The notes beneath the pieces were generated by a model. The model had not been told where the DNA came from, ran no database searches, and saw only the letters and a program-made list of their open reading frames with translations. The position numbers were made by a program, and so were the translations under genes. A stretch of 55,189 bases of DNA from Candidatus Rokubacteria bacterium 13_2_20CM_69_15_1 (GTDB lineage: Bacteria > Methylomirabilota > Methylomirabilia > Rokubacteriales > CSP1-6): positions 8,447 to 63,635 of the forward strand of contig MNCR01000094.1 in assembly GCA_001914535.1 (NCBI GenBank). Reading direction: 5' to 3'. Below are positions 7,836 through 17,191 of the stretch, in pieces. Every line of letters begins with the position of its first letter. Within the stretch, counting starts at the first letter, position 1.

Positions 7836-8117
7836 ATGGCGGTCACCGTGTACATCCCGACGCCGTTCCGACGGGCGACGAACAACCGCGATCGCCTCCA
7901 GGCGTCGGCGAAGACGGTCGGCGGGCTCCTCGACGAGCTCGAGGAGGCCTTCGCTGGTCTCAAGGGGCTCGTGCGCAACGAGGGCGGCGAGGTGCACCAC
8001 CACGTCAATATCTACGTAAACAGCGACGCGATCGAGTCGCTCGACGGACTCTCCACACCGCTCAAGGACGGCGACGAGGTGGCGATCATTCCCGCCCTGG
8101 CGGGCGGTGGCAGGTGA
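7836..8117 (+). CDS. cysO: MoaD/ThiS-family sulfur carrier protein (CysO-like), C terminus ...AGGGR
   Basis: 93 aa from ATG 7836, with a CAGGAGG RBS at 7824-7830. It is beta-grasp-like, with a [16 protein letters not shown] tail. It lies between cysK and a JAMM peptidase, as in the mycobacterial mec-cysO-cysM set. Confidence 0.75.
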   Translation: MAVTVYIPTPFRRATNNRDRLQASAKTVGGLLDELEEAFAGLKGLVRNEGGEVHHHVNIYVNSDAIESLDGLSTPLKDGDEVAIIPALAGGGR

Positions 8118-8593
8118 TCGTCACGCCGGAGGAGCTGCGAGCGATCCGAGAGCAGGCGATCGCGGAGTATCCGCACGAGGCGTGCGGCGTGGTCGTCACG
8201 CGTGGCGCCGAGCGGCGTCTCGTGCGTTGCCGCAACGCGCAGAACGACCTCCACGCCAAGGACCCGGCGCGCAACCCGCGCGACGCGCGGACGGCGTACT
8301 CCATCGATCCCGCCGACCTCCTGCGCATCGGGCGCCTGGAGGGCGAGGGATTCGCGGTCGCGGTCATCTACCACTCGCACGTCGACGCCGGCGCCTACTT
8401 CTCCGACACGGACAAGCGCCAGGCGCTCATCGGCGGCGAGCCCGCGTATCCCGGCGCCGCGTATCTGGTGACGTCGGTCGTCGGCGGGCGGGCGGAGTCG
8501 GTGACCGCCTTTCGCTGGGACGCCACGCGGCGCGACTTCCTGCCGGTCGACCTCGAGGCTTCGGAGCCAAGCTCCGGGAGACGCGCGACATGA
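8114..8593 (+). CDS. mec: JAMM/MPN+ metallopeptidase (Mec-like)
   Basis: 159 aa. It has the E...[18 protein letters not shown] motif and the EACG region. Its GTG start overlaps the carrier's TGA (GTGA). Confidence 0.85.
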   Translation: MIVTPEELRAIREQAIAEYPHEACGVVVTRGAERRLVRCRNAQNDLHAKDPARNPRDARTAYSIDPADLLRIGRLEGEGFAVAVIYHSHVDAGAYFSDTDKRQALIGGEPAYPGAAYLVTSVVGGRAESVTAFRWDATRRDFLPVDLEASEPSSGRRAT

Positions 8594-9891
8594 GTGATTC
8601 GAAGCGGCTGTTCGAGACCGCGACGCGGCTCATTCCCGGCGGCGTGAACAGCCCCGTGCGCGCCTTCCGGGCCGTGGGCGGCGAGCCGTTCTTCGTCGCG
8701 CGCGGCGAGGGCCCGCGCATCTGGGACGTGGACGGGCGCTCGTACCTGGACTTCTTGGGCTCGTGGGGGCCGCTCATCCTGGGACACGCGCCGAAGGTGG
8801 TGGTCGAGGCCATCACCGAGGCCGCGCGACGCGGCACGAGCTACGGGGCGCCGACGGCGCTCGAGGTCGAGATGGCGGAGACGATCACCGCCGCCTATCC
8901 GTCGATCGAGCTGGTCCGCCTGGTCAGCTCGGGGACGGAGGCCGCGATGAGCGCGATCCGCGTGGCCCGCGGCGCGACGGGCCGCCCGCTCCTGGTCAAG
9001 TTCGACGGCTGCTACCACGGTCACGCCGACAGCCTCCTGGTGAAGGCCGGCTCGGGCGGCGCGACCTTCTCGATCCCGGACTCGGGCGGCGTACCGGCGC
9101 CGCTCGCCGCGCTCACCCTGAGCGTGCCGTTCAACGACCTCGACGCCGTCCAGGCGCTCTTCCGCGCGCGCGGCGACACGATCGCCGCGGTGATCGTCGA
9201 GCCGGTCGCGGGCAACATGGGCGTCGTGCCGCCGCGGCCAGGCTTCCTCGAAGGGCTCCGCGAGATCACGCGCGCCCACGGCGCCGTCCTGATCTTCGAC
9301 GAGGTCATCACGGGCTTCCGCGTCGCATACGGGGGAGCGCAAGCGCTCTACGGCGTCCGCCCCGACCTCACGTGCCTCGGCAAGATCATCGGCGGCGGGT
9401 TGCCGGTCGGCGCGTACGGCGGCGCCCGAGCGCTCATGAGCCAGGTGGCGCCGCTCGGCCCGATCTACCAGGCGGGCACGCTGTCGGGAAACCCGCTCGC
9501 CGTCGCCGCCGGCCTGGCCACCCTCCGCGCGCTCACCGGGCGCGAGGTCTACGCGACGCTCGAGGCGCGCGGCGCGATGCTCGAGCGCGGGCTCACGGAC
9601 GGCGCCCGGAAGGCGTCCGTCGCGCTCACGGTGAACCGGGTCGGCTCGATGCTCACCGCCTTCTTCTGCGACGGCCCCGTCACCGACTACGCGGCGGCGA
9701 AGCGGGCCGACACCGCACGCTATGCCGGCTTCTTTCACGCGATGCGGGAGCGCGGCGTCTTCCTGGCGCCCTCGCAGTTCGAGGCGGCGTTCGTCTCGCT
9801 CGCCCACGCCGAGGCGGACATCGAGTACGCGGCCCGGGCGGCCGCGGAGGCGCTGGCGTCGCTCGCGCGCTCCGCGCGGGGAGGGCATTGA
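8590..9891 (+). CDS. hemL: glutamate-1-semialdehyde 2,1-aminomutase
   Basis: The ATG at 8590 overlaps the mec TGA (ATGA). Motifs: [26 protein letters not shown] and [15 protein letters not shown]. Confidence 0.95.
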   Translation: MSDSKRLFETATRLIPGGVNSPVRAFRAVGGEPFFVARGEGPRIWDVDGRSYLDFLGSWGPLILGHAPKVVVEAITEAARRGTSYGAPTALEVEMAETITAAYPSIELVRLVSSGTEAAMSAIRVARGATGRPLLVKFDGCYHGHADSLLVKAGSGGATFSIPDSGGVPAPLAALTLSVPFNDLDAVQALFRARGDTIAAVIVEPVAGNMGVVPPRPGFLEGLREITRAHGAVLIFDEVITGFRVAYGGAQALYGVRPDLTCLGKIIGGGLPVGAYGGARALMSQVAPLGPIYQAGTLSGNPLAVAAGLATLRALTGREVYATLEARGAMLERGLTDGARKASVALTVNRVGSMLTAFFCDGPVTDYAAAKRADTARYAGFFHAMRERGVFLAPSQFEAAFVSLAHAEADIEYAARAAAEALASLARSARGGH

Positions 9892-9959
9892 CGCGGTCGC
9901 GGGGCGAGTGATAGGCTTCACAAGCATCACACAATCCCGCGGAGGGCGATCGACTGCCG

Positions 9960-10550
9960 ATGGGCGCAAAGGCGGGCGTGGGAGCGCTGGCGCTCGTGCT
10001 CCTCGCCGTTCTGGTCTTTCTGGCGGTCTCGTCGTGGAGTCGCCAGCCGGCAGTCGCGAAGCCCTCGAGTCAGCCGATCAACTTCCCGCACAGCGTGCAC
10101 GTGCAGACGTACCGGATCGACTGCCAATATTGTCACAGCGACGCGCGGCGCTCGGAGTACGCGGGCCTGCCGTCGGTCGAGCGCTGCATGGGCTGTCACA
10201 AGATCGCCGGTGCGGCGTTGCCGGAAGTGAAGAAGGTCGCGGACTACTACGCGCGGAGCGAACCGATCCCGTGGGTCCGCGTGAACAAGCTGCCGGAGTT
10301 CACGTACTTCCCGCACAAGGCGCACATCCGGGCGAACGTGAAGTGCCAGACGTGCCACGGCCCCGTCGAGACGATGACGACGTTCGGCGCCGAGACGGGT
10401 CCGCGCCTGACGAACGACCTGCTGAACCTCGTCGGGCTCCGGCCCGCGCCGCCGCCGCTCACGATGGGCTGGTGCGTCGACTGCCACCGGCGGCAGAACG
10501 CGACGGCGGGCATGCACGCGCCGCTCGACTGCGTCACGTGCCACCATTGA
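9960..10550 (+). CDS. actA: Alternative Complex III subunit ActA, pentaheme cytochrome c
   Basis: 196 aa with an N-terminal TM anchor and five CxxCH motifs (CQYCH, CMGCH, CQTCH, CVDCH, CVTCH). It is the first gene of an actABCDEF-ordered operon. Confidence 0.85.
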   Translation: MGAKAGVGALALVLLAVLVFLAVSSWSRQPAVAKPSSQPINFPHSVHVQTYRIDCQYCHSDARRSEYAGLPSVERCMGCHKIAGAALPEVKKVADYYARSEPIPWVRVNKLPEFTYFPHKAHIRANVKCQTCHGPVETMTTFGAETGPRLTNDLLNLVGLRPAPPPLTMGWCVDCHRRQNATAGMHAPLDCVTCHH

Positions 10551-10555
10551 CCGGA

Positions 10556-10679
10556 CGGAGCCGGACGTGCCTGTGATTCGTCACCTTCGCCCTGACCCGA
10601 GCTGGAGCTCCGATAAACGGAGCCGCACGTGCCTGTGACTCGCCACCCTCGCCCGGATGCGAGCTGGAGCTCCGATACA
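10556..10679 (+). repeat. 62 bp tandem repeat, 2 units (family B, related to the family A core)
   Basis: Units are 10556-10617 and 10618-10679. The core gtgcctgtgactcgccaccc resembles gttcctgtgtcaggccaccc of family A, with 16 of 20 identical by hand count. Confidence 0.85.
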
Positions 10680-13579
10680 TGATGAACCGACGGGACTTCT
10701 TTCGGGTCGTCGCGGCGAGCGGCGCCACCGCCGCCGTCACGGGCTGTCAGCGGACGGCGGAGAACATTCTGCCGCTCGTGGTGCCGAACGAGCACATCGT
10801 GCCGGGCGTCGCCGCATGGTTTGCGACGGTGTGTCGCGAGTGCCCGGCCGGCTGCGGCGTCATCGCGAGGAACCGCGAGGGCCGCGTCGTGAAGCTCGAG
10901 GGGAACCCCGACCACCCGGTCAACCAGGGCGCGCTGTGCGCGCGCGGTCAGGCGGCACTCCAGGGCCTCTACCATCCCGACCGATTCGCGGGCCCGCGCC
11001 TTCGCGACGGGGCCGCGCTGAAGCCCGTGAACTGGGACGCGGCCCAGAAGGTCGTCGCCGACAAGATCGCGGCGCTGCGGAGCGCGGGCAAGGGATCGGC
11101 GATCGCGCTCGTGACCCAACTCGAGACGGGAAGCCTGGGCGCGTTCCTCGACACGTGGACGCGGGCCCTCGGCACGCGCCCGCGCCTGAGCTTCGAGCCG
11201 TTCGGCTACGAGGCGAACCGCGCGGCGAACCGGATCACGTTCGGCCGCGACGCGATCCCGTACTACGCCTTCGAGGACGCACGGGTCGTGGTCTCCTTCG
11301 GCGCCGACTTCCTCGAGACGTGGCTGTCGAACGTGAACTACGCGCGGGCCTTCGCGCACATGCACACGTTCCGCGACGGCCGCGCGGGCACATACCTTCA
11401 CATCGAGCCACGGCAGTCGCTGACCGCGTCGAACGCCGACGAGTGGGTACGTAACGCTCCCGGCAGCGAAGGGCCGCTGGCGCTCGCGATCCTCAAGGTG
11501 ATGGTCGACGAAGGGCTCGCCGACCGGCGCTTCGGCGAGGCCGTCGCCCGGATCGACGTCAAGAAGGTCGCGGCCGACAGCGGCGTTCCCGTCGAGACGA
11601 TCACGCGCGTCGCCCGGGCCTTCGCCGACGGCAAGCCCAGTCTCGCGATCGGCGGCGGGATGGCCGTGACGGGCTCGAACGCGACGCAGACCCTGGTCGC
11701 CGTCAACCTGTTGAATGCGGCGGCGGGCAACGTCGGCAAGACCGTCCGCTTCGGCCCCGACTCGGCGTTCGGCAGGGTGACGCCGTACGCGGAGACGGCC
11801 CGGCTCGTGCAGGCCATGGCCCGGGGCGAGGTGGAGGTGCTGGTGCTCGGCAGCGGCGTAAACCCCGCCTATACGCTCCCGGGTGGCCTCAAGTTCGCCG
11901 ACGCCGCGAAGAGGGTGGGGCTCGTCGTCAGCTTCGCGAACCAGCCGGACGAGACGACGGCGCTCGCCCACGTCGTGCTGCCCGACACACACTGGCTCGA
12001 GTCGTGGGGAGACTACTCGCCGCGGGAGGGCGTCGCCGGCCTCATGCAGCCCACCATGGCGCCCGCGCGCGACGCGCGACCGATGGGAGACACGCTCCTC
12101 GCGCTGGGCCGTGCAGTGCTCGGGAGCGAGGCGGGGAAGGGGCCGCTACCCTGGGCGACCTTCGAGCAATACCTGAAAGCGGCGTGGGAGCCCAGCGTCA
12201 AGGGTGCGTGGGCGTCGGCGCTCCGCCTGGGCGGTGTCTGGAAGGAGACGGCGCCGGTCGCGGTGACCGCGCGCGTGGCGCCCGTCGACCCGGCGCCCCC
12301 GACGTTCGAGGGCACCGCCGATGGGCTCGCCCTTCTCGCGTATCCATCCTTCAGGTTCTACGACGGGCGGGGCGCGAGCCGCGCGTGGCTCCAGGAAGCG
12401 CCGGACACGATGACCCAGGCCGTGTGGGATCCGTGGGTGGAGATCGCGGCGGAGACGGCGGCGAAGCTCGGCATCGCCCGGGGCGACGTGGTCAGGGTGA
12501 CGTCGCCCCACGGTGCGATCGAGCTTCCCGCGTACGTCTCGCCGACGCTCCATCCGCAGGCGGTCGCCGTCCCCATCGGCCATCGCTACGCGCCCTATCA
12601 CATTCCACGCTACGTGACGGCGCCCCTCGGCCCACGCAACCCGGTCGCGCTGCTCGGGCCGGCCGCCGAGGGCGCGTCCGGCGGCCCCGCGTACCTCGGC
12701 GTCCGCGTGACGCTCGCCAAGACGGGCGCCCGGCACCCGCTCGCCATCCTCCAGGCGACGCACGATCAGGAGGGTCGAGAGCTCGCGCAGCACGTGGACC
12801 TCCGCGCGGCGCGCGAGCAGGCGCTCCGTGGCCGCCAGGACCACGAGGCGCACACCAGCATGTACCCCGACCCGCGGTACCCCGGGTACCGCTGGGGCAT
12901 GGCGATCGACGTGGACGCGTGCATCGGCTGCCAGGCGTGCGTGGTCGCCTGCCAGGCGGAGAACAACGTGCCCGTCGTCGGGCGCGCCCAGGCGGCCTAC
13001 GGGCGACAGCTCCAGTGGATCCGCATCGAGCGCTGGGCGGAAGGGAAGCCGGATCGGCCCACGAACCTCTTCCTGCCGATGCTCTGCCAGCATTGTGAGG
13101 TCGCCCCGTGCGAGCCCGTCTGTCCCGTGTTTGCGGCGTATCGTACGGAAGAAGGTCTCAACGGTCAGGTGTACAACCGTTGTGTCGGGACTCGATACTG
13201 CGGCAACAACTGCCCCTACCACGTGCGCCGCTTCAACTGGTTCCAGTACGAGTTTCCCGCGCCGCTCGACGTGCAGCTGAACCCCGACGTGACGGTTCGC
13301 CAGCTCGGGGTCATGGAGAAGTGCACGATGTGTCTGCAGCGCATCATCGCGGGCAAGGACCACGCCCGTGACGAGAGGCGTGCGGTGAAGGACGGCGACA
13401 TCCTGACCGCCTGCCAGCAGACGTGCCCCACCCGGGCGATCACCTTCGGCAACCTGAAGGACGAGCAGAGCGCCGTGGTCAAGTTCGCGCACTCGCCGCG
13501 CGCCTATCACGTCCTGGAGGAGATCGGGACGCGGCCGTCCATCACCTACCTCCAGAAAGTCGTTCGTGAGCACGCGTAA
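10679..13579 (+). CDS. actB: Alternative Complex III subunit ActB (molybdopterin-oxidoreductase-like domain fused to a 4Fe-4S domain)
   Basis: 966 aa. It has a twin-arginine signal with a lipobox (MMNRRDFFRVVAASGATAAVTGC), an N-terminal Cys cluster (CRECPAGCG), and C-terminal ferredoxin-type CxxCxxC motifs. Confidence 0.9.
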   Translation: MMNRRDFFRVVAASGATAAVTGCQRTAENILPLVVPNEHIVPGVAAWFATVCRECPAGCGVIARNREGRVVKLEGNPDHPVNQGALCARGQAALQGLYHPDRFAGPRLRDGAALKPVNWDAAQKVVADKIAALRSAGKGSAIALVTQLETGSLGAFLDTWTRALGTRPRLSFEPFGYEANRAANRITFGRDAIPYYAFEDARVVVSFGADFLETWLSNVNYARAFAHMHTFRDGRAGTYLHIEPRQSLTASNADEWVRNAPGSEGPLALAILKVMVDEGLADRRFGEAVARIDVKKVAADSGVPVETITRVARAFADGKPSLAIGGGMAVTGSNATQTLVAVNLLNAAAGNVGKTVRFGPDSAFGRVTPYAETARLVQAMARGEVEVLVLGSGVNPAYTLPGGLKFADAAKRVGLVVSFANQPDETTALAHVVLPDTHWLESWGDYSPREGVAGLMQPTMAPARDARPMGDTLLALGRAVLGSEAGKGPLPWATFEQYLKAAWEPSVKGAWASALRLGGVWKETAPVAVTARVAPVDPAPPTFEGTADGLALLAYPSFRFYDGRGASRAWLQEAPDTMTQAVWDPWVEIAAETAAKLGIARGDVVRVTSPHGAIELPAYVSPTLHPQAVAVPIGHRYAPYHIPRYVTAPLGPRNPVALLGPAAEGASGGPAYLGVRVTLAKTGARHPLAILQATHDQEGRELAQHVDLRAAREQALRGRQDHEAHTSMYPDPRYPGYRWGMAIDVDACIGCQACVVACQAENNVPVVGRAQAAYGRQLQWIRIERWAEGKPDRPTNLFLPMLCQHCEVAPCEPVCPVFAAYRTEEGLNGQVYNRCVGTRYCGNNCPYHVRRFNWFQYEFPAPLDVQLNPDVTVRQLGVMEKCTMCLQRIIAGKDHARDERRAVKDGDILTACQQTCPTRAITFGNLKDEQSAVVKFAHSPRAYHVLEEIGTRPSITYLQKVVREHA

Positions 13580-13580
13580 G

Positions 13581-13740
13581 CCAATGCAGCCCCGCGTTCC
13601 TGTGTCAGGCCACCCACGGTGCACGCCGGCCTCGCGGATCTCGGTGCAATGAAGCCCCGCGTTCCTGTGTCAGGCCACCCACGGTGCACGCCGGCCTCGC
13701 GGATCTCGGTGCAATGAATCCCCGCGTTCCTCGCCCGTGA
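13581..13740 (+). repeat. 65 bp tandem repeat (family A, 2 units plus a partial) with ATGA/GTGA-linked mini-ORFs
   Basis: Unit ATGs lie at 13584, 13649 and 13714. Units 1 and 2 are near-identical apart from cag/aag in codon 2. Confidence 0.9.
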
Positions 13741-15083
13741 GCGACACCCGCGCCGCGTCCCCCACGTTCGCCGACGTCACTCGCGACGTCGTCCGCACGC
13801 TCGAGCCGCCGGGCAACCTCTACTTCGCGTGGATGTGCGTCGTCGCCCTGATGCTCGCCGGCGGGATCGGCGCCTGGACCGGCCAGATCTGGTGGGGCAT
13901 GGGAATGGCCGGCAAGCGCGTGCCCCAGATGTGGGCGATGTATATCACAAGCTTTGTGTTCTGGATCGGCATCGGTCACGCGGGCACGCTGATTTCGGCG
14001 ATCCTCTATCTCTTCCGGGCGCGGTGGCGGACGTCGATCTACCGCGCGGCGGAGGCGATGACGATCTTCGCCGTGATGACCGCGGGCCTCTTCCCGCTTA
14101 TCCACGCCGGGCGGATGTGGTTCGCCTACTATCTTCTCCCGTATCCGAATCAGCGGCTCCTCTGGCCGAATTTCCGGTCGCCGCTGGTCTGGGACGTGTT
14201 CGCGATCTCGACCTACCTGACGATCAGCACGGTCTTCTTCATCGTCGGGCTCGTCCCCGACATCGCGGCGCTCCGAGACGTGTCCACGGGCTGGCGGCGG
14301 CGCATCTACGCGATGCTGGCGCTCGGTTGGGAGGGCTCCGACTCGCAGTGGCGCCACTACCGGCGCGCGTACGGGCTGCTCGCATCGCTCGCCACTCCGC
14401 TCGTCCTGTCGGTCCACAGCGTGGTGTCGTGGGACTTCGCGATGGCTCTCGTCCCGGGCTGGCACTCTACGCTGTTCGCGCCGTTCTTCGTGGACGGCGC
14501 CATCTTCTCGGGCTTCGCGATGGTGCTCATCCTCGTCCTCCCGATGCGCCACTTCTTCAGGCTCCACGCCTACATCCAGGAGAAGCACCTGGACGCGATG
14601 GGCAAGCTCATCCTGGTGACGGGTCTGGTGCTGACCTACTTCTACGTGTGCGAGGTCTTCACCTCGCTCTACAGCGGCGACGAGATCGAGAAGGCCTCGC
14701 TCTTCTGGAAGGTGACCAAGAACTACGCGTGGGCGCTCTGGCTGATGTACTTCTGCAACTGCGTCTCGCCGCTGATCCTTTTCTGGGGGAAGGCTCGCAC
14801 GAGCCCGGTCGTGCTCTACGTCGTGTCCATCCTCGTCCTGATCGGCATGTGGTTCGAGCGCTTCAACATCATCGTCCCGTCGCTCGGCCACGACTTCTAC
14901 CCTTACACGTGGGGGATCTACTACCCGAGTCCGACCGACACGATGATCGTCATCGGCAGCTTCGCGTGGTTCTTCCTGCTGTTCCTCGGCTTCATCAAGG
15001 TGATGCCGTCGCTGTCGGTCGTCGAGGTCAAGGAGACCCTTCCGCCGCCGATCAAGGACCGGTCGCATGGCGGCCACCGCTGA
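13737..15083 (+). CDS. actC: Alternative Complex III subunit ActC (NrfD/PsrC-like quinol-interacting membrane subunit)
   Basis: 448 aa polytopic protein of NrfD-family character, with a GTG start. Its position after actB supports the call. Confidence 0.85.
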   Translation: MSDTRAASPTFADVTRDVVRTLEPPGNLYFAWMCVVALMLAGGIGAWTGQIWWGMGMAGKRVPQMWAMYITSFVFWIGIGHAGTLISAILYLFRARWRTSIYRAAEAMTIFAVMTAGLFPLIHAGRMWFAYYLLPYPNQRLLWPNFRSPLVWDVFAISTYLTISTVFFIVGLVPDIAALRDVSTGWRRRIYAMLALGWEGSDSQWRHYRRAYGLLASLATPLVLSVHSVVSWDFAMALVPGWHSTLFAPFFVDGAIFSGFAMVLILVLPMRHFFRLHAYIQEKHLDAMGKLILVTGLVLTYFYVCEVFTSLYSGDEIEKASLFWKVTKNYAWALWLMYFCNCVSPLILFWGKARTSPVVLYVVSILVLIGMWFERFNIIVPSLGHDFYPYTWGIYYPSPTDTMIVIGSFAWFFLLFLGFIKVMPSLSVVEVKETLPPPIKDRSHGGHR

Positions 15084-15579
15084 CACGGTGGTGGGCGTCT
15101 TCGCCCACGTCGACACGACGGTCCGTGCGCTCGAGGAGCTCCGGTCGAAGGGCTACCACGACCTGGCCGTGTACACCCCGGTGCCGGTGCACGAGATCGA
15201 GGAGGTGCTCGAGCGTGACCGCCCGGTGAGCCGGGTTCGCCTCTTCACGCTGATCGGCGGCCTCACGGGAACGGCGTCTGGGTTCCTGCTGACGATCTGG
15301 TCGGCGATGCAGTGGGGGCTCACGACCGGAGGCAAGCCCGTCGTCTCGATCCCGCCCTTCGTCGTGATCGCGTTCGAGCTGACGATTCTGTTCGGCGGCC
15401 TGGCGACCGTGATCGGAATGGCCGTGCTCGGCCGGCTGCCGCGGCTCCGGCCGAGCCCGAGCTTCGACCCGCGCTTCACGAACGACCGCTTCGGCATCGC
15501 CGTCCACTGCGCCCCGGGGCGTAGCGACTCGGTGCGCGAGATCTTGCGCACGGCGGGCGCCGAGGAAGTGCGCGCATGA
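15067..15579 (+). CDS. actD: Alternative Complex III subunit ActD (DUF3341-like)
   Basis: 170 aa with a soluble N-terminal domain and two TM helices. It overlaps the end of actC by 17 nt and is in the operon position of ActD. Confidence 0.75.
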   Translation: MAATADTVVGVFAHVDTTVRALEELRSKGYHDLAVYTPVPVHEIEEVLERDRPVSRVRLFTLIGGLTGTASGFLLTIWSAMQWGLTTGGKPVVSIPPFVVIAFELTILFGGLATVIGMAVLGRLPRLRPSPSFDPRFTNDRFGIAVHCAPGRSDSVREILRTAGAEEVRA

Positions 15580-16082
15580 AGTACGTCTTCATCCTCACGC
15601 TCCTGGTCGTCGCCGCCGCCGGCGGAATGATGGGCACGGCCGTGGTCATCCGCTGGAACGACAACATGACCGAGACCCCCAAGATCGTGCCCGGCGAGCG
15701 CGTGTTCAAGATGCCGCAGGGAGTGGTGCCGCGCGGGGGCGACCTCGTCATCCGTAAGGAGCAGCGCGAGATCGCCGCCAAGCAGCCGAACCCGATCAAG
15801 GCCTCCGAGGCGTCCGTCACCATCGGCCGGGAGCGCTTTCAGATCTTCTGCGTGCCCTGCCACGGCCCCGAAGCCAAGGGCGGCACGACCGGCCCGGTGG
15901 CGACGAAGTTCATCCCCACGCCAGACCTGACCAACGCCGACCTTCAGAAGCAGCGGACCGACGGGTACTGGCACAGCTACATCGTCGCCGGCGGCGCGGT
16001 GATGCCCGCTTACGCGGAGGCGCTGTCCTCCGAAGAGGCGTGGCACCTGGTGAACTTCCTGCGGAGCGTCGCGCGGAAATGA
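15576..16082 (+). CDS. actE: Alternative Complex III subunit ActE, monoheme cytochrome c
   Basis: 168 aa with an N-terminal anchor and a single CVPCH motif with a distal Met region. It has an ATGA-type overlap with actD. Confidence 0.8.
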   Translation: MKYVFILTLLVVAAAGGMMGTAVVIRWNDNMTETPKIVPGERVFKMPQGVVPRGGDLVIRKEQREIAAKQPNPIKASEASVTIGRERFQIFCVPCHGPEAKGGTTGPVATKFIPTPDLTNADLQKQRTDGYWHSYIVAGGAVMPAYAEALSSEEAWHLVNFLRSVARK

Positions 16083-17188
16083 CGATCGTCTGGGGTCTCG
16101 TCGTGGCGGTGGGTGCCATCGCGTTCCTCACCGGCGTGGGCTCGGCCGACGCGTCTCGGGTCTGGTCGGTCTATCTCGTGAACCTGGTCTTCTGGGCCGG
16201 ACTCGGCGTCACCGGCCCCGCCATCGCCGCGATGATGCAGCTGACCGAGGCGCGGTGGTCGCCGAGCGTTCGACGGATCGCGCTGACGACGGCGGGCTTC
16301 CTGCCGGTTGCCTTCGTGCTGTTCCTCGTGCTCTTCGCGGGCCAGGCGACGCTCTATCCTTGGGTGACGACGCCCCTGCCCGCGAAGCAGGCGTGGCTGA
16401 ACGTGCCCTTCTTCTGGCTGCGGACGCTCGTGGGCGCGGCGGCGCTCTTCGTGGCGGCGCTGGCCCTCGTGAGGGCGCTGGTGCGCGATGCGGTGCCGCC
16501 CGACGACGCACGCGAGCGCGCCCGGCGCAACCGCCTCGCGGTCGTCCTCCTCTTCCTCTGGGTGATCGGCGTCTCGCTGTGGGGCTTCGACCTCGTGATG
16601 TCGCTCGACCCCACGTGGTACAGCGGGCTCTTCGGCGGGTATTTCGTCGTCAGCACCCTCTATATCGGGTTCTGCCTCCTGTCCCTGCTCACGATTCGGG
16701 CGAACGCGCGCGGGCAGGCCTCGATCCCGCCCGCCGCCGTGCAGGACGTCGCGAAGCTCCAGTTCGCGATCTCGATCATGTGGATGTACTTCTTCTGGTC
16801 CCAGTACCTCGTGATCTGGTACGGCAACGTCCCCGTCGAGACCCGCTTCGTCGTCATGCGCTTCTTCGTCCAGCCGTGGCTCACGCTCGCGTGGATCGTG
16901 CTCGTCGTCGGCTGGCTGATCCCGTTCGCGTACCTGCTCAAGCGTCTCACGGGCCGGCCGCCCCAGCGCCACACGCCGCTCGTCGTGGTCTCTGTGTTCG
17001 GCCTCGTCGCGATCTTCCTCGAGCGCGTCCTGGTCGTGTTCCCGTCCGTGTCCCCGAGTGCCAAGCTCCCGTTCGGCGCCCGCGACCTCGCGATCACGGC
17101 CGGATTCCTCGCCCTCTTCGTGTTGTGCCGGCGCTGGTTCTTCAGCCAATTCAAGCCCGTCATCAACCTGCCGCACACGGGTCACTAG
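16079..17188 (+). CDS. actF: Alternative Complex III subunit ActF (second NrfD-like membrane subunit)
   Basis: The ATG at 16079 overlaps the actE TGA (ATGA); the tracked start at 16040 is probably an extension. It is a polytopic protein. Confidence 0.8.
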   Translation: MTIVWGLVVAVGAIAFLTGVGSADASRVWSVYLVNLVFWAGLGVTGPAIAAMMQLTEARWSPSVRRIALTTAGFLPVAFVLFLVLFAGQATLYPWVTTPLPAKQAWLNVPFFWLRTLVGAAALFVAALALVRALVRDAVPPDDARERARRNRLAVVLLFLWVIGVSLWGFDLVMSLDPTWYSGLFGGYFVVSTLYIGFCLLSLLTIRANARGQASIPPAAVQDVAKLQFAISIMWMYFFWSQYLVIWYGNVPVETRFVVMRFFVQPWLTLAWIVLVVGWLIPFAYLLKRLTGRPPQRHTPLVVVSVFGLVAIFLERVLVVFPSVSPSAKLPFGARDLAITAGFLALFVLCRRWFFSQFKPVINLPHTGH

Positions 17189-17191
17189 AGC

